DNA from: an uncultured Lachnospiraceae bacterium
GTDB lineage: Bacteria; Bacillota; Clostridia; Lachnospirales; Lachnospiraceae
Direction of reading: 5' to 3'
Assembly: GCA_902783095.1 (NCBI GenBank)
Contig: CACZPX010000271.1
Span: 1-28,500 of the forward strand
Length of the DNA: 28,500 bases
In this document: positions 1 to 8,363 of the stretch, one piece after another
Layout of the letters: every line of letters starts with the position of its first letter
How positions within the stretch are numbered: position 1 is the first letter of the stretch
Notes under the pieces: generated by a model
The model's input: the letters and a program-made list of their open reading frames with translations, nothing else
The model's database searches: none
What the model was told of the DNA's origin: nothing
Translations under genes and position numbers: made by a program

Positions 1-356
1 GCCTGGATGCCGGAACGGAAGATCTCCGATACGTAGCAGCCCGAGTTGATGCACAGGGCGATGGCTACGGAGATGAACGGCGACGGGTTGAAAAACGGCA
101 GGATCTTCGGTACCAGGAAATAGCCGACGTACAGCTGCAGCAGCATGGGCGTGCCGCGGATCACGCCGACGATCGCCGTACCGATACCGCGCAGGACCAC
201 AAAGCGGGATTTACGGGCAAAGTACAGGAGCAGGCCGATGATCACGCCGAAGCCGACGGTGATCACGGCGAGCAGCAGCGTGTGGCTGACGCCGGTGAGG
301 AAAAACACATCCCCGTACTGTGTAATGATTTTCCAGATGTTCTTAAAGAATGTCAC
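1..356 (-). CDS. Polar amino-acid ABC transporter permease (GlnP/HisM-like), runs off window start
   Basis: Not in ORF track. Manual translation from GTG at 356 (SD GGAGG upstream): hydrophobic N-term, IRGTPMLLQL, and NSGCYVSEIFRSGIQ (EAA-loop region). Confidence 0.9.
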   Translation of the reverse strand, partial: MTFFKNIWKIITQYGDVFFLTGVSHTLLLAVITVGFGVIIGLLLYFARKSRFVVLRGIGTAIVGVIRGTPMLLQLYVGYFLVPKILPFFNPSPFISVAIALCINSGCYVSEIFRSGIQ

Positions 357-396
357 GATTCGTCCTCCAAAGGGATATTACAAACGGGCTTTACAG

Positions 397-433
397 ACGC
401 TTTCCGGATCAGATGGCCGGATCCGGAAAGCGT
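397..433. other. Intergenic 14-bp hairpin between SBP and permease genes (mRNA stabilising or processing stem)
   Basis: ACGCTTTCCGGATC-N9-GATCCGGAAAGCGT perfect inverted repeat; no U-tract on the minus strand. Confidence 0.6.
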
Positions 434-474
434 TTGTCCTTAGATTCTTCAATCGGTCGTTGTGCAGCTCCAAA

Positions 475-1314
475 TCACTCTTTGGATTCGGTGCTGAGCA
501 GCTGCCCGTTCTCGTCGTAGGCAGCGTTTACGCCATCCAGAGCCTTGGCTTCTTCATACCAGCCCAGATACAGGTTCTCTGCCAGTGCCTTGGCAAGGAT
601 CTCGTTGACCTGCTTGGTCAGCTCGTCGTTGCCCTTCTGCATCAGGATGACGTTGCCCTCATTGGGATCGATCTCAAAGTTGAAGCCGCTCTTGGCCAGG
701 CCGCCGACCTTTGCGATGATGGACTCGCCGTTGGAGTTGGCAACTGCCAGGGCGTCGATGGCGTCGTTACGAAGCGCTTCTACAGCGGTGCCCAGATCGG
801 TGTACTGAACGATCTCCACGGAATCCGGAAGCTGGGACTCGCAGTAGCCAAGCTGCAGGGAAGCGACCTGAGCGCCGACCTTCAGGCCCGCAAAGTCTTC
901 CGGCTTGCTGAACTGGCCGCCTTTTTCCGCCTTCACGATGATGGTCTGGATGCTCTCTTCACCGTCGGTGTAGTAGAAATCGGACAGGTTGAAGTTCTCG
1001 GCACGGTCGGGCTTGTAGCCGAAACCGGAGATGGCCATGTCCACGGCGCCGCTCTGCACGGCCGCCTGGCAGGCGTCAAAGCTCATGGGCTGGATCTCCA
1101 GCTCTTTGCCCATCTGCTCGGCGATGTACTTCGCCAGGGTGATGTCAAAGCCTACGTACTGGTCCTGGCCGGACTTGCTGGTATCTACGAACTCCATCGG
1201 CGCAAAGTCGGGAGAGGTCGCGACCGTGAGCTTCTTGTCATCGCTGCCGGAGCAGGCCGTCATGCTCAGTGCCATTGCAACTGCTAAGATAAGTGCGAAA
1301 CATTTCTTCATCAT
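475..1314 (-). CDS. Polar amino-acid ABC transporter substrate-binding lipoprotein (SBP family 3)
   Basis: Start re-called at MMKKCF (SD AGAGGT); lipobox MTAC; motifs ATSPDFAPMEF, GFDITLA, GAVDMAISG. Confidence 0.92.
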   Translation of the reverse strand: MMKKCFALILAVAMALSMTACSGSDDKKLTVATSPDFAPMEFVDTSKSGQDQYVGFDITLAKYIAEQMGKELEIQPMSFDACQAAVQSGAVDMAISGFGYKPDRAENFNLSDFYYTDGEESIQTIIVKAEKGGQFSKPEDFAGLKVGAQVASLQLGYCESQLPDSVEIVQYTDLGTAVEALRNDAIDALAVANSNGESIIAKVGGLAKSGFNFEIDPNEGNVILMQKGNDELTKQVNEILAKALAENLYLGWYEEAKALDGVNAAYDENGQLLSTESKE

Positions 1315-1366
1315 TTTTTTACCTCTTGTTTTGTGTTGGTTTTTGTTTGGTGTTTTATGCTTGCAT

Positions 1367-1395
1367 AATATACAACCTGAAAAGCGGTCTGTCAA
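1367..1395 (-). promoter_or_regulatory. SigA-type promoter of ABC transporter operon
   Basis: TTGACA-17-TATATT on minus strand. Confidence 0.75.
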
Positions 1396-1403
1396 CCACT
1401 TTT

Positions 1404-1417
1404 TGAATATTTATTCA
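1404..1417. promoter_or_regulatory. ARG-box-like palindrome
   Basis: TGAAT-ATTT-ATTCA, matching the ArgR/AhrC core TGAAT-N4-ATTCA, just upstream of the -35. Confidence 0.55.
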
Positions 1418-1695
1418 TTTTACTTTATAACTATGCTTTCGATTCTTATGCAGGCCGCGCAATTCGCTTTAGGATGTTAAGCAAGCGGCAGAATGCGCGG
1501 ATCCTGACGGTTGGCGGAACGTAAAAGATCCGGTTTTCGGTCCGGGAGCGGGTGTTTAGAAGTGTATATTATGCAGTATATTTTGCATGTTATTCATTTT
1601 GAGCGGCAGCGCAGGCGCATGGCCTGAGCATAATATAAGAGCGGTGGAATGATCCGCCGCCCTCTGTTATAAAATGAAACGCTGCGCAGGTCCGG

Positions 1696-2553
1696 TCACA
1701 GCTTTGCCAGATACTCGATCACGCTGTGCGCGGCCACGTTGCCCTCTCCCACCGCCTTGGTGTACTGATAGGGCCGGCCGGTGCAGTCGCCGGCCGCAAA
1801 TACGCCGGCGATATTGGTCGCCATGCCGCGGTCCACCTTAATGTGGGCGCCTTCCGTCTCCAGGCCGGGCAGCAGGGTCCCCAGGCTGATGGCGTCGCGC
1901 AGCGCGAACAGGCCGCTCACCGGCAGTTCCGTACCATCCGCCAGCTTTACGCCGGACAGGCGGCCGTTCTCGCTCGTCACGCCGGCAATGCGGGAGGTGA
2001 GTTTCTCCGTGTTGCCGCCAAAGTCCGGAGCGTTTTTATAGGGCATGTAATAATAGACCTTTTCGGCCAGGCCGGCCAGGAACTGAACCTCGTGCTCAAA
2101 GCGCGGGCTGCCGCAGATCACCGCGATGGTCTTGCCCCTGTAGAGCATGCCGTCGCAGGTGGCGCAGTAGCTTACGCCGCGCCCCACCAGGTCCGCCTCG
2201 CCGGGCAGCACGTTTCCGGGTGCCACGCCGGTGGCCAGAATCAGGGTCTTCGCTTCCGCAAAGTCCGCGCCGATGGCCAGCGCAAAGTGATCGCCCATCG
2301 GATAGATCGCGTTGACCATCCCCTCGGTTATGGCAAGGTCCATAGCGGCGATCTGTGCCTGGAAGGCGTCGTTTAAAACCTGACCGGAGGCGTTGATAAA
2401 GCCGGGATAGTTGGAGATCTGCTCCGCTTTGGTCACCTTGTCCGACAGATTTTTGCTGCCGATCCAGACGACGTTCTTGTTGTGTATCTTCAGGTTTAAG
2501 GCGGCGGACAGGCCGGCCGGGCCTGTGCCGATGATGGCGGTATCGTATAACAT
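1696..2553 (-). CDS. trxB: Thioredoxin reductase-like flavoprotein, probably ferredoxin-dependent (FFTR) type
   Basis: Start re-called at MLYDTAIIGTGPAG (FAD motif); GVSYCATCDG redox motif; GVFAAGD; the NADPH GGGxxA motif is replaced by ICGSPRF. Confidence 0.85.
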   Translation of the reverse strand: MLYDTAIIGTGPAGLSAALNLKIHNKNVVWIGSKNLSDKVTKAEQISNYPGFINASGQVLNDAFQAQIAAMDLAITEGMVNAIYPMGDHFALAIGADFAEAKTLILATGVAPGNVLPGEADLVGRGVSYCATCDGMLYRGKTIAVICGSPRFEHEVQFLAGLAEKVYYYMPYKNAPDFGGNTEKLTSRIAGVTSENGRLSGVKLADGTELPVSGLFALRDAISLGTLLPGLETEGAHIKVDRGMATNIAGVFAAGDCTGRPYQYTKAVGEGNVAAHSVIEYLAKL

Positions 2554-2648
2554 AAGATTCACCGGGCTGCTGCGGGGGATGCCGCGGCAGACTTCCTTTC
2601 CCAATATTCTATTGTATCAAATATATCATAGCGGCAAGGAGAATGCAA

Positions 2649-2894
2649 GGGGAGAACTTCGCTCCACGAAGGCTCCCCTCACATCCTCAGAAAAGAGGCC
2701 GGGGATATGCAAGCATATCCACCCTCTACGGGGAAGCCTCTTCATTCGAAAAACGGTCTGCTTTCGCCGGCCTCGCGGGCTTCGCCCGCTTCTGTTTTTC
2801 TCATGAAGGGGGAGCACTTCGCTCCGCGAAGGCTCCCCTCACATCCTCAGAAAAGAGACCGGGGATATGCAAGCATCTCCCTGGTCTCTTTTCT
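2649..2894. repeat. Structured intergenic element: two ~72-bp direct repeats at 160-bp period plus hairpins; distal copy forms a terminator-like stem
   Basis: 2649-2720 is nearly identical to 2809-2880; AGAAAAGAGACC (2849-2860) pairs with GGTCTCTTTTCT (2883-2894). Confidence 0.8.
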
Positions 2895-2920
2895 TCGTAT
2901 GCGGCTTCCCCTGTGGCGGA

Positions 2921-4195
2921 TCAGCACTCCTGGGTCATGATACTGATCACGGTCTCGTCCGTGGAGCGCATGCCTTCTCTGGCTACGCGGGATACCGCCT
3001 TGATGGTCTCTTCCACGCCTTCTACAACGATGCCGTCGCCGCCCACAAATTCGGAGCCGTGCATCTTCATCTGCATGCCCAGCAGGCCGCTTTCCACGGC
3101 GGAGGAGATCTTCGCGGCGCAGCTGGCCTTGGCGCCGTCGCAGATCATGCCGGAGTTGATGGCGATCGCGTTGATGACGGTCTGCGCGATGGTATCATAG
3201 TCGCCGCCGTACAGGTAGGTGATGCCTGCCCCGGCGCCGCAGCCGGCGCTGGTGGCGCCGCAATAGGCCGACAGGCGGCCGATACCGGTCTTAAGGTGTA
3301 TGGTGACCAGATTGGAAATGCAGAGCGCGCGCAGCAGCAGTTCGTGCGTCACGCCCAGTTCCTTTGCGTATACGATGACGGGCAGGGAGGCCGTAAGACC
3401 CTGGTTGCCGCTGCCGGAATTGATCACCACCGGCAGGTCGCAGCCGTTCATGCGGGCGTCGGAACCGGCCGCCGCGTAGGCTTTGGCGCGGTTCTGCACG
3501 GTGTTGCCGTAGGATGCCATCAGCACCTGGCCGATCCGTGCGCCGTATTTGCCCTTCATGCCCTCTTCGGCGATGGCCGTGTTCATGGCGATCTGGCGCT
3601 CCAGCACCTCGCGCACGTCGTCCAGGTCCACGGTATTGGCAAAGTCCACGATGTCCGCCACCGAAAGCAGCGAGCGGTCCGTGGCGTATTCCTTGCGCTC
3701 CTCCGCGTATTCCTTCTGGAAGGTCGCTGCACCGTCCTTCTTGATCAGGATCACGTTGGTGTGATGCCCGGCGATCTCCACCTGCGCGCTGTGCCCGTCC
3801 GCCTCTACCGTGATATCGATGTCAAACACGTAGGGCTTGGGGGAGCGGGAATAGGAGAAGTTGCCCTCCGACAGCAGGGCTTCGATGGCGGGCTTGTCCG
3901 CTTCGGAGAGCCCTGCCAGGATCTGCAGCTCCGCCTTGCAGTCTCCGGAGACGATGCCGGCCGCCGCTGCCGCGGAGATGCCGCGCATGCCGCCGGTGTT
4001 CGGTACAAACACGCTCTTTACGTTTTTGATGATGTTCGCGCTGGCCAGGATCGTCACCTTCTGCGGCCTCGTACCGAGAGCCTCCGCTGCCAGCGCGGCT
4101 GCGTAGGCGACCGCGATCGGTTCCGTGCAGCCCATGGCCGGGATCAGTTCCTCTTTTAAGATGGCGATAAATTCCTCATACTTGCGTCTGTCCAT
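2921..4195 (-). CDS. cyuA: L-cysteine desulfidase (YhaM/CyuA/CdsB family, serine dehydratase alpha-like, Fe-S)
   Basis: Start re-called at MDRRKY (SD GGAGG); motifs PAMGCTEP, SGSGNQG, YCGA, MICDGAKASCAAK. Confidence 0.85.
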   Translation of the reverse strand: MDRRKYEEFIAILKEELIPAMGCTEPIAVAYAAALAAEALGTRPQKVTILASANIIKNVKSVFVPNTGGMRGISAAAAAGIVSGDCKAELQILAGLSEADKPAIEALLSEGNFSYSRSPKPYVFDIDITVEADGHSAQVEIAGHHTNVILIKKDGAATFQKEYAEERKEYATDRSLLSVADIVDFANTVDLDDVREVLERQIAMNTAIAEEGMKGKYGARIGQVLMASYGNTVQNRAKAYAAAGSDARMNGCDLPVVINSGSGNQGLTASLPVIVYAKELGVTHELLLRALCISNLVTIHLKTGIGRLSAYCGATSAGCGAGAGITYLYGGDYDTIAQTVINAIAINSGMICDGAKASCAAKISSAVESGLLGMQMKMHGSEFVGGDGIVVEGVEETIKAVSRVAREGMRSTDETVISIMTQEC

Positions 4196-4335
4196 TGCGG
4201 ATCCTCCGATGATGATGGATTTTGTAAAACTTATTGCCTTCCGGTAGTATATCATATACAGGCCATGGCAGGAAACAGTTTTTTACGCGTCTTTTGATGA
4301 GTTATTCTTTTTCGGGGCGGCCGCGGCCTGACCTG

Positions 4336-5166
4336 TCACTTCAGCTCGGTAAAATACAGGCGCACGCGGTCTTCCTCCTGCAGGGAAAGCGCCAGCCCCT
4401 CCAGATAGAGCCCCGCCTCCAGCATCTCGTCCAGAACCTGCGCGGAAAGCAGCGCATCCAGACCCAGCGCGGCCGACAGCCGCTTCATGTTGTCCGCCAG
4501 CCAGGCGGTCTTAAACCCCAGCGCTTTGGTGATGTAATACAGTTTTTCCTCCGCGGCGGTCCCGTCGTCGTTGACGCCGATAAACGCGGGCTTAAAACCG
4601 TTTTCACAGATGGCCGCATGGTCCCGCCGCACCGCATCCGGCACGGCTATGCCGCCAGGGATCCGTTCCGGCGCCGCGTGCAGGTAGTACTTAAACGCGC
4701 AGACGTCTTTGCCCGCGCATTCCGCGCCAAGCTGATACAGGGTGCAGCCTGCGTCCAGGCGGGCGTAAAGCCGCGTGCGCACGCCCTGCTCCAGCCCGGG
4801 CCCGGCGCCGGCCGCCGCAAAGAAGGCCTCGGCGACCGCCGTCTCCTGCGCGCGGTCCATGTGCTTGGGCAGCTTAAAGATCAGCCGCTGCGTAACGGCG
4901 CCGTCCCGCCTGCCGTCCGATACGTCGCAGAGCTGCACGCCGGGCAGGGCCGTAAACGGCGCAAACCGCGCAAACAGGTCCCGGTAGGGCGCCGAAAGCC
5001 GGTCGGCAAACGGCGTATCGCTGCCGTCCCTGCGGTAGATGCGGCTCTTTACCGTCTTCGCGGCGCGGTCTATGGTCAGCCCCACGTACTCCAGACTGCG
5101 ATCCCCCTGCCGTCCGTAAGCGGACAGCGGGGGGATCATGGTTTCGGATATGATCTTGTTCATCAT
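4336..5166 (-). CDS. Hypothetical protein, 276 aa; possible ABBA/PT-barrel fold
   Basis: SD AGGAGA directly after the upstream stop; GC3-rich coding bias; five beta-hairpin-like segments, four ending in R/K-x-Y. Confidence 0.75.
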   Translation of the reverse strand: MMNKIISETMIPPLSAYGRQGDRSLEYVGLTIDRAAKTVKSRIYRRDGSDTPFADRLSAPYRDLFARFAPFTALPGVQLCDVSDGRRDGAVTQRLIFKLPKHMDRAQETAVAEAFFAAAGAGPGLEQGVRTRLYARLDAGCTLYQLGAECAGKDVCAFKYYLHAAPERIPGGIAVPDAVRRDHAAICENGFKPAFIGVNDDGTAAEEKLYYITKALGFKTAWLADNMKRLSAALGLDALLSAQVLDEMLEAGLYLEGLALSLQEEDRVRLYFTELK

Positions 5167-5173
5167 TCTCCTG

Positions 5174-6754
5174 TTATTCTTTTGTGGTCTCCTCTTCGGC
5201 AGACTCCGTTTCCTCGGTGCTCTCGCTCTCTTCGGAAGCGCCTTCCTCCGTGGTCTCCTCTTCGGTGCTCTCGCCGGACTCTTCCGCCGTGCTTTCGGTC
5301 TCCTCGCCTTCCGCCGTCGTCTCGCCTTCGGCCGTCGTCTCCTCCGGCGCCACGGTCGGATTGATCACGGCCATATTGTCGTCAAAGTAGACGTCGGACA
5401 TGATCACGTAGAACGTGCCCTCGTCCACGCCGCCGGTCGTAAACTTGATCACGTTGGCCTTGGACACGTCCAGGTCAAAGGCCGCCGGCTCGGACAGGCG
5501 GTTCATCTCGCGCGTCCAGACCACCACGCCGTCGATCTCCACAGAGAAGGTGCAGTTCTGGTTGGCGCTGCGGTCGTCGGTGGACAGCACGCCGTGCAGG
5601 TGGTTGTACTTGTAGCCCAGATAGTACTCGCCGTAGCCCAGGTGGTCGTCGCCCCAGCCGCCGTCCTGACTGGAGACCACGAACAGGTTGCCGGGCTCAT
5701 AGGTGTTGCCCAGCGAATCGGTGAGCGGGTCGCCCTCGGTGATCTCTTCAAAGCGGTCCTCGTTCTGGCGCTTCACCTCGGTCAGGTAGACGGGCTTCTC
5801 CTTGTTGATCTGCTCGATCAGATCGTCAAACTCCTTGGCTTCCACGATCTGCGTGGCGTTCTGCAGCATCTCCAGCGCCTTCAGGTACTTTCCGTCGGAG
5901 CGCAGCGCGCCCGCCTTCTCCACGATCATCGCGACGTAGGTATCGGAGTACTCCTTGATGACCTTGTCGGCCTCGGCGTCGTCGCCCCACTCCTCCTTAA
6001 ACTGCTTCATGGTGTTCAGCGCGGACTCATAGTCGTCCTGCTTCACAAATTCGGCAGCCTCGGCAACAGCCGCTTCACGCGCCTGCGCCTTCTTGTATTC
6101 CTCGTATTCCGCCGTAACGGTCTCGATCTGCTTGGTGATCTGCTCGTCGCCGGGGAAATCGTACAGCGCGCTGTTCAGTTCGGACAGGGCGCCCTCGTAA
6201 TTGCCGGCAGCCGTCTCTTCCTTGACCTTTGCAAACAGCTGGTCGATATAGGCCGCCTTCGCCTCCGCGGCCTTGGTCTGCGCCTCCTCGTAGTGCGGCG
6301 TATCCAGTTCCACAACCGCGCTGTAGTCCAGGTAGGCGGAACGGTAATCCTTGCTCTCAAAGGCCTTGCCGGCGCGCTCAAACGCTTCTTTGGATTCCCG
6401 AAGAGCGCGCAGATCGCCGGAGGCCATGCCGATGCTCTGGTCCAGTTCGGACAGATACAGGTTGCTGATGGCACTGATCTTCATCTGCGCGGTATCGTAG
6501 TCGATCGTCTCTTCCGCGTAACCCTTGACGATGGCGTCGATGTTCTCGCCCAGCTTCGCAACGAGTTCCTTGCGGTCATCCGCGTCGGGCGTCCACTTGC
6601 TGTAGACTTCGTAGGCCTCGTTGTACTTGCCCTCCATGATATAATCGGAGATCTTGTCCACCTTGCTGCAGCCCGTCAGGCCCACGGACGTAACGAGCAC
6701 GGTCGTAAGACCCATCAGTGCCTTGCCCTTCAATCTTCTGGTTTCCTTGTTCAT
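5174..6754 (-). CDS. Lipoprotein with helical/TPR-like N-region, C-terminal NPCBM/NEW2-like domain and acidic E/T-rich tail
   Basis: Start MNKETRR (SD GGGAGG); lipobox LTGC; segment YYLGYKYNHLHGVL...FSVEIDG...FDLDVSKANVIKF resembles NPCBM; tail EETTAEGETTAEG. Confidence 0.8.
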   Translation of the reverse strand: MNKETRRLKGKALMGLTTVLVTSVGLTGCSKVDKISDYIMEGKYNEAYEVYSKWTPDADDRKELVAKLGENIDAIVKGYAEETIDYDTAQMKISAISNLYLSELDQSIGMASGDLRALRESKEAFERAGKAFESKDYRSAYLDYSAVVELDTPHYEEAQTKAAEAKAAYIDQLFAKVKEETAAGNYEGALSELNSALYDFPGDEQITKQIETVTAEYEEYKKAQAREAAVAEAAEFVKQDDYESALNTMKQFKEEWGDDAEADKVIKEYSDTYVAMIVEKAGALRSDGKYLKALEMLQNATQIVEAKEFDDLIEQINKEKPVYLTEVKRQNEDRFEEITEGDPLTDSLGNTYEPGNLFVVSSQDGGWGDDHLGYGEYYLGYKYNHLHGVLSTDDRSANQNCTFSVEIDGVVVWTREMNRLSEPAAFDLDVSKANVIKFTTGGVDEGTFYVIMSDVYFDDNMAVINPTVAPEETTAEGETTAEGEETESTAEESGESTEEETTEEGASEESESTEETESAEEETTKE

Positions 6755-6828
6755 GAGCGTTTTCCCTCCCACGCGTTTCCGTACGATTCCTTGAATGTTG
6801 TTGACGTTTTCGCTGTCAAACTTTACTT

Positions 6829-6857
6829 ATTATAATAATACACAATCCATCCTGCAA
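6829..6857 (-). promoter_or_regulatory. SigA-type promoter for lipoprotein/hypothetical operon
   Basis: TTGCAG-17-TATAAT on minus strand. Confidence 0.7.
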
Positions 6858-8092
6858 GTGTTTTTCCGGGGCACGCAGGCGGCCTTTCGGCCGTTTGATG
6901 TTCCTGCGGCAGCCGTTTCGATCGTTACTCCGTGATGCCAAGCATATCGGCGAACGCGCTGCGCAGCGCCTGCAGCGCGGCTTCTTTTTCCGGCGGCTGC
7001 GCCAGGGCGGCCGGCTGCGGCGGCGCCGTTTTTCCGTAAAAAAAGACAGCCGGTGTCGTTCCGGCTGCCTTCCTTAAAGGAAGCGGTGTTGCCGGCCGTC
7101 GCGGTGACAGCCTTCGGCTGTGTGGTGATGCCGTACACGCTCAGTTTGGCCGGGGAACAGGTGAGCTTATCGCCGCTCTCCAGGGTCACGATGCAGCGGT
7201 ACTGATAGCCGTTGCGCGCCGCGGTGGCCGGGATCTCCATCGTGGCCTTCTTCGCGGTGGCGAAGGTGGAGTTGTTCCAGGTCTTTCCCTTATTGTTGGA
7301 ATACTGCCACTGATACGTCGCGCCGGTCACGGCCTTGACCTTGACCTTAGCGGTGGAGGAGAGCTTTGCGTTCACCTCGCTCTGCAGGTTCAGACAGGTC
7401 AGCGTAGCAGGAGCGCAATATCCGTCGTCGAGATTATCCCATTCGGCACTGGTGCCGGCATACCAGACGTTCGCATCACTAAAGCAGTAATATCCCAGAG
7501 ACTCTATGCCGGTCCGCAGATAGATCTGGCTGCAGCCTAAGAATGCTCTGTCTCCGATCTTTGTAACGGATTTCGGCAGAACGACCGAAAGGTTGGAGCA
7601 ACCCTGAAACGCTTCGTCGGCGATCGTCTTGACCGAGCCCTTCATGGTCACGGTCTGCAGCATGGAACAGCCTCTGAACGCATTTCGGGAGATGGCCGTC
7701 ACCTTGCTCGGGATCACAACACTTTTCAGATTGGTATCGCGAAAGGACTCTTCTCCGATGCTTGTGAGCGTGGCCGGAAGATTGACCTTATTGAGGTTTG
7801 TGTCCTCGAAAGCGTGCGTTCCGATCGCGGTGATCCCCGTCTCTACCGTTACCGTAGTTAACTGACCGCGGTAATCCCACCAGGGTGTATTCACCCGGGA
7901 TGAATAGTCCGCCATATTGCCGGTTCCGGAAATGGTAAGCACGCCGTTTTCCTTGAACGTCCACTGCGCGTCCTCACCGCACCAGCCGGAAGCCACGACG
8001 GCCGGTTCCGCCGCCTTTGCGGGCATCGCCGCAAACAGCAGCGTAAGGACCAGCGCCAGTGCTGTCAAAGGCATCCATGTCGTTCGTTTCAT
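6830..8092 (-). CDS. Secreted BspA-type leucine-rich repeat (LRR_5) protein with Ig-like domain; C-terminus apparently truncated, with spurious read-through tail
   Basis: Signal peptide ending PAKAA; SGWCGEDAQWT...LTISGTG N-cap; LPxxLxxIGxxAF repeats; Ig motif YQWQY...YQYRC; second Ig breaks after TAGNTASFK. Confidence 0.8.
   Translation of the reverse strand: MKRTTWMPLTALALVLTLLFAAMPAKAAEPAVVASGWCGEDAQWTFKENGVLTISGTGNMADYSSRVNTPWWDYRGQLTTVTVETGITAIGTHAFEDTNLNKVNLPATLTSIGEESFRDTNLKSVVIPSKVTAISRNAFRGCSMLQTVTMKGSVKTIADEAFQGCSNLSVVLPKSVTKIGDRAFLGCSQIYLRTGIESLGYYCFSDANVWYAGTSAEWDNLDDGYCAPATLTCLNLQSEVNAKLSSTAKVKVKAVTGATYQWQYSNNKGKTWNNSTFATAKKATMEIPATAARNGYQYRCIVTLESGDKLTCSPAKLSVYGITTQPKAVTATAGNTASFKEGSRNDTGCLFLRKNGAAAAGRPGAAAGKRSRAAGAAQRVRRYAWHHGVTIETAAAGTSNGRKAACVPRKNTCRMDCVLL
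7038..7069 (-). terminator. Rho-independent terminator inside the LRR ORF
   Basis: Minus strand GGCAGCCGG-AACGACA-CCGGCTGTC-TTTTTTT. Confidence 0.75.
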
Positions 8093-8318
8093 TTTTTCTC
8101 CTCCTGCATTGATCTTTCTCGTTTTGCAAGGCTGTAAACGCCTTTGGGTATCGGCCTTTTTTATCGGCTCTGTATGATAGACAGGCGACCCGCCGCTTTG
8201 GATTTAATATTTCCAAAAAAAAACAAGTTTTCCGTCCCTCCTGCAGCGTCCCCTTTTCTATGTATTATATAGAGAGAGCACGGTCGACATTCAAGTCATT
8301 TCCTATAGTATATCATTC

Positions 8319-8350
8319 AAAAAAGACCCCGGATGCTCCGGAGTCTTTTT
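8319..8350 (-). terminator. Terminator after cvpA (bidirectional shape)
   Basis: AAAAAGAC-CCCGGA-TGC-TCCGGA-GTCTTTTT stem with A/T tails on both sides. Confidence 0.75.
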
Positions 8351-8363
8351 GCGGGATAACGGT

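Noticed and set aside
6956-6969. Perfect 14-bp palindrome GCGCTGCGCAGCGC
   Set aside because: GC-only low-complexity sequence in a GC-rich genome; plausibly chance.
8093-8260. c-di-GMP or other riboswitch in the long leader of the LRR surface gene
   Set aside because: No GEMM-type conserved motifs found by eye; only weak local hairpins.
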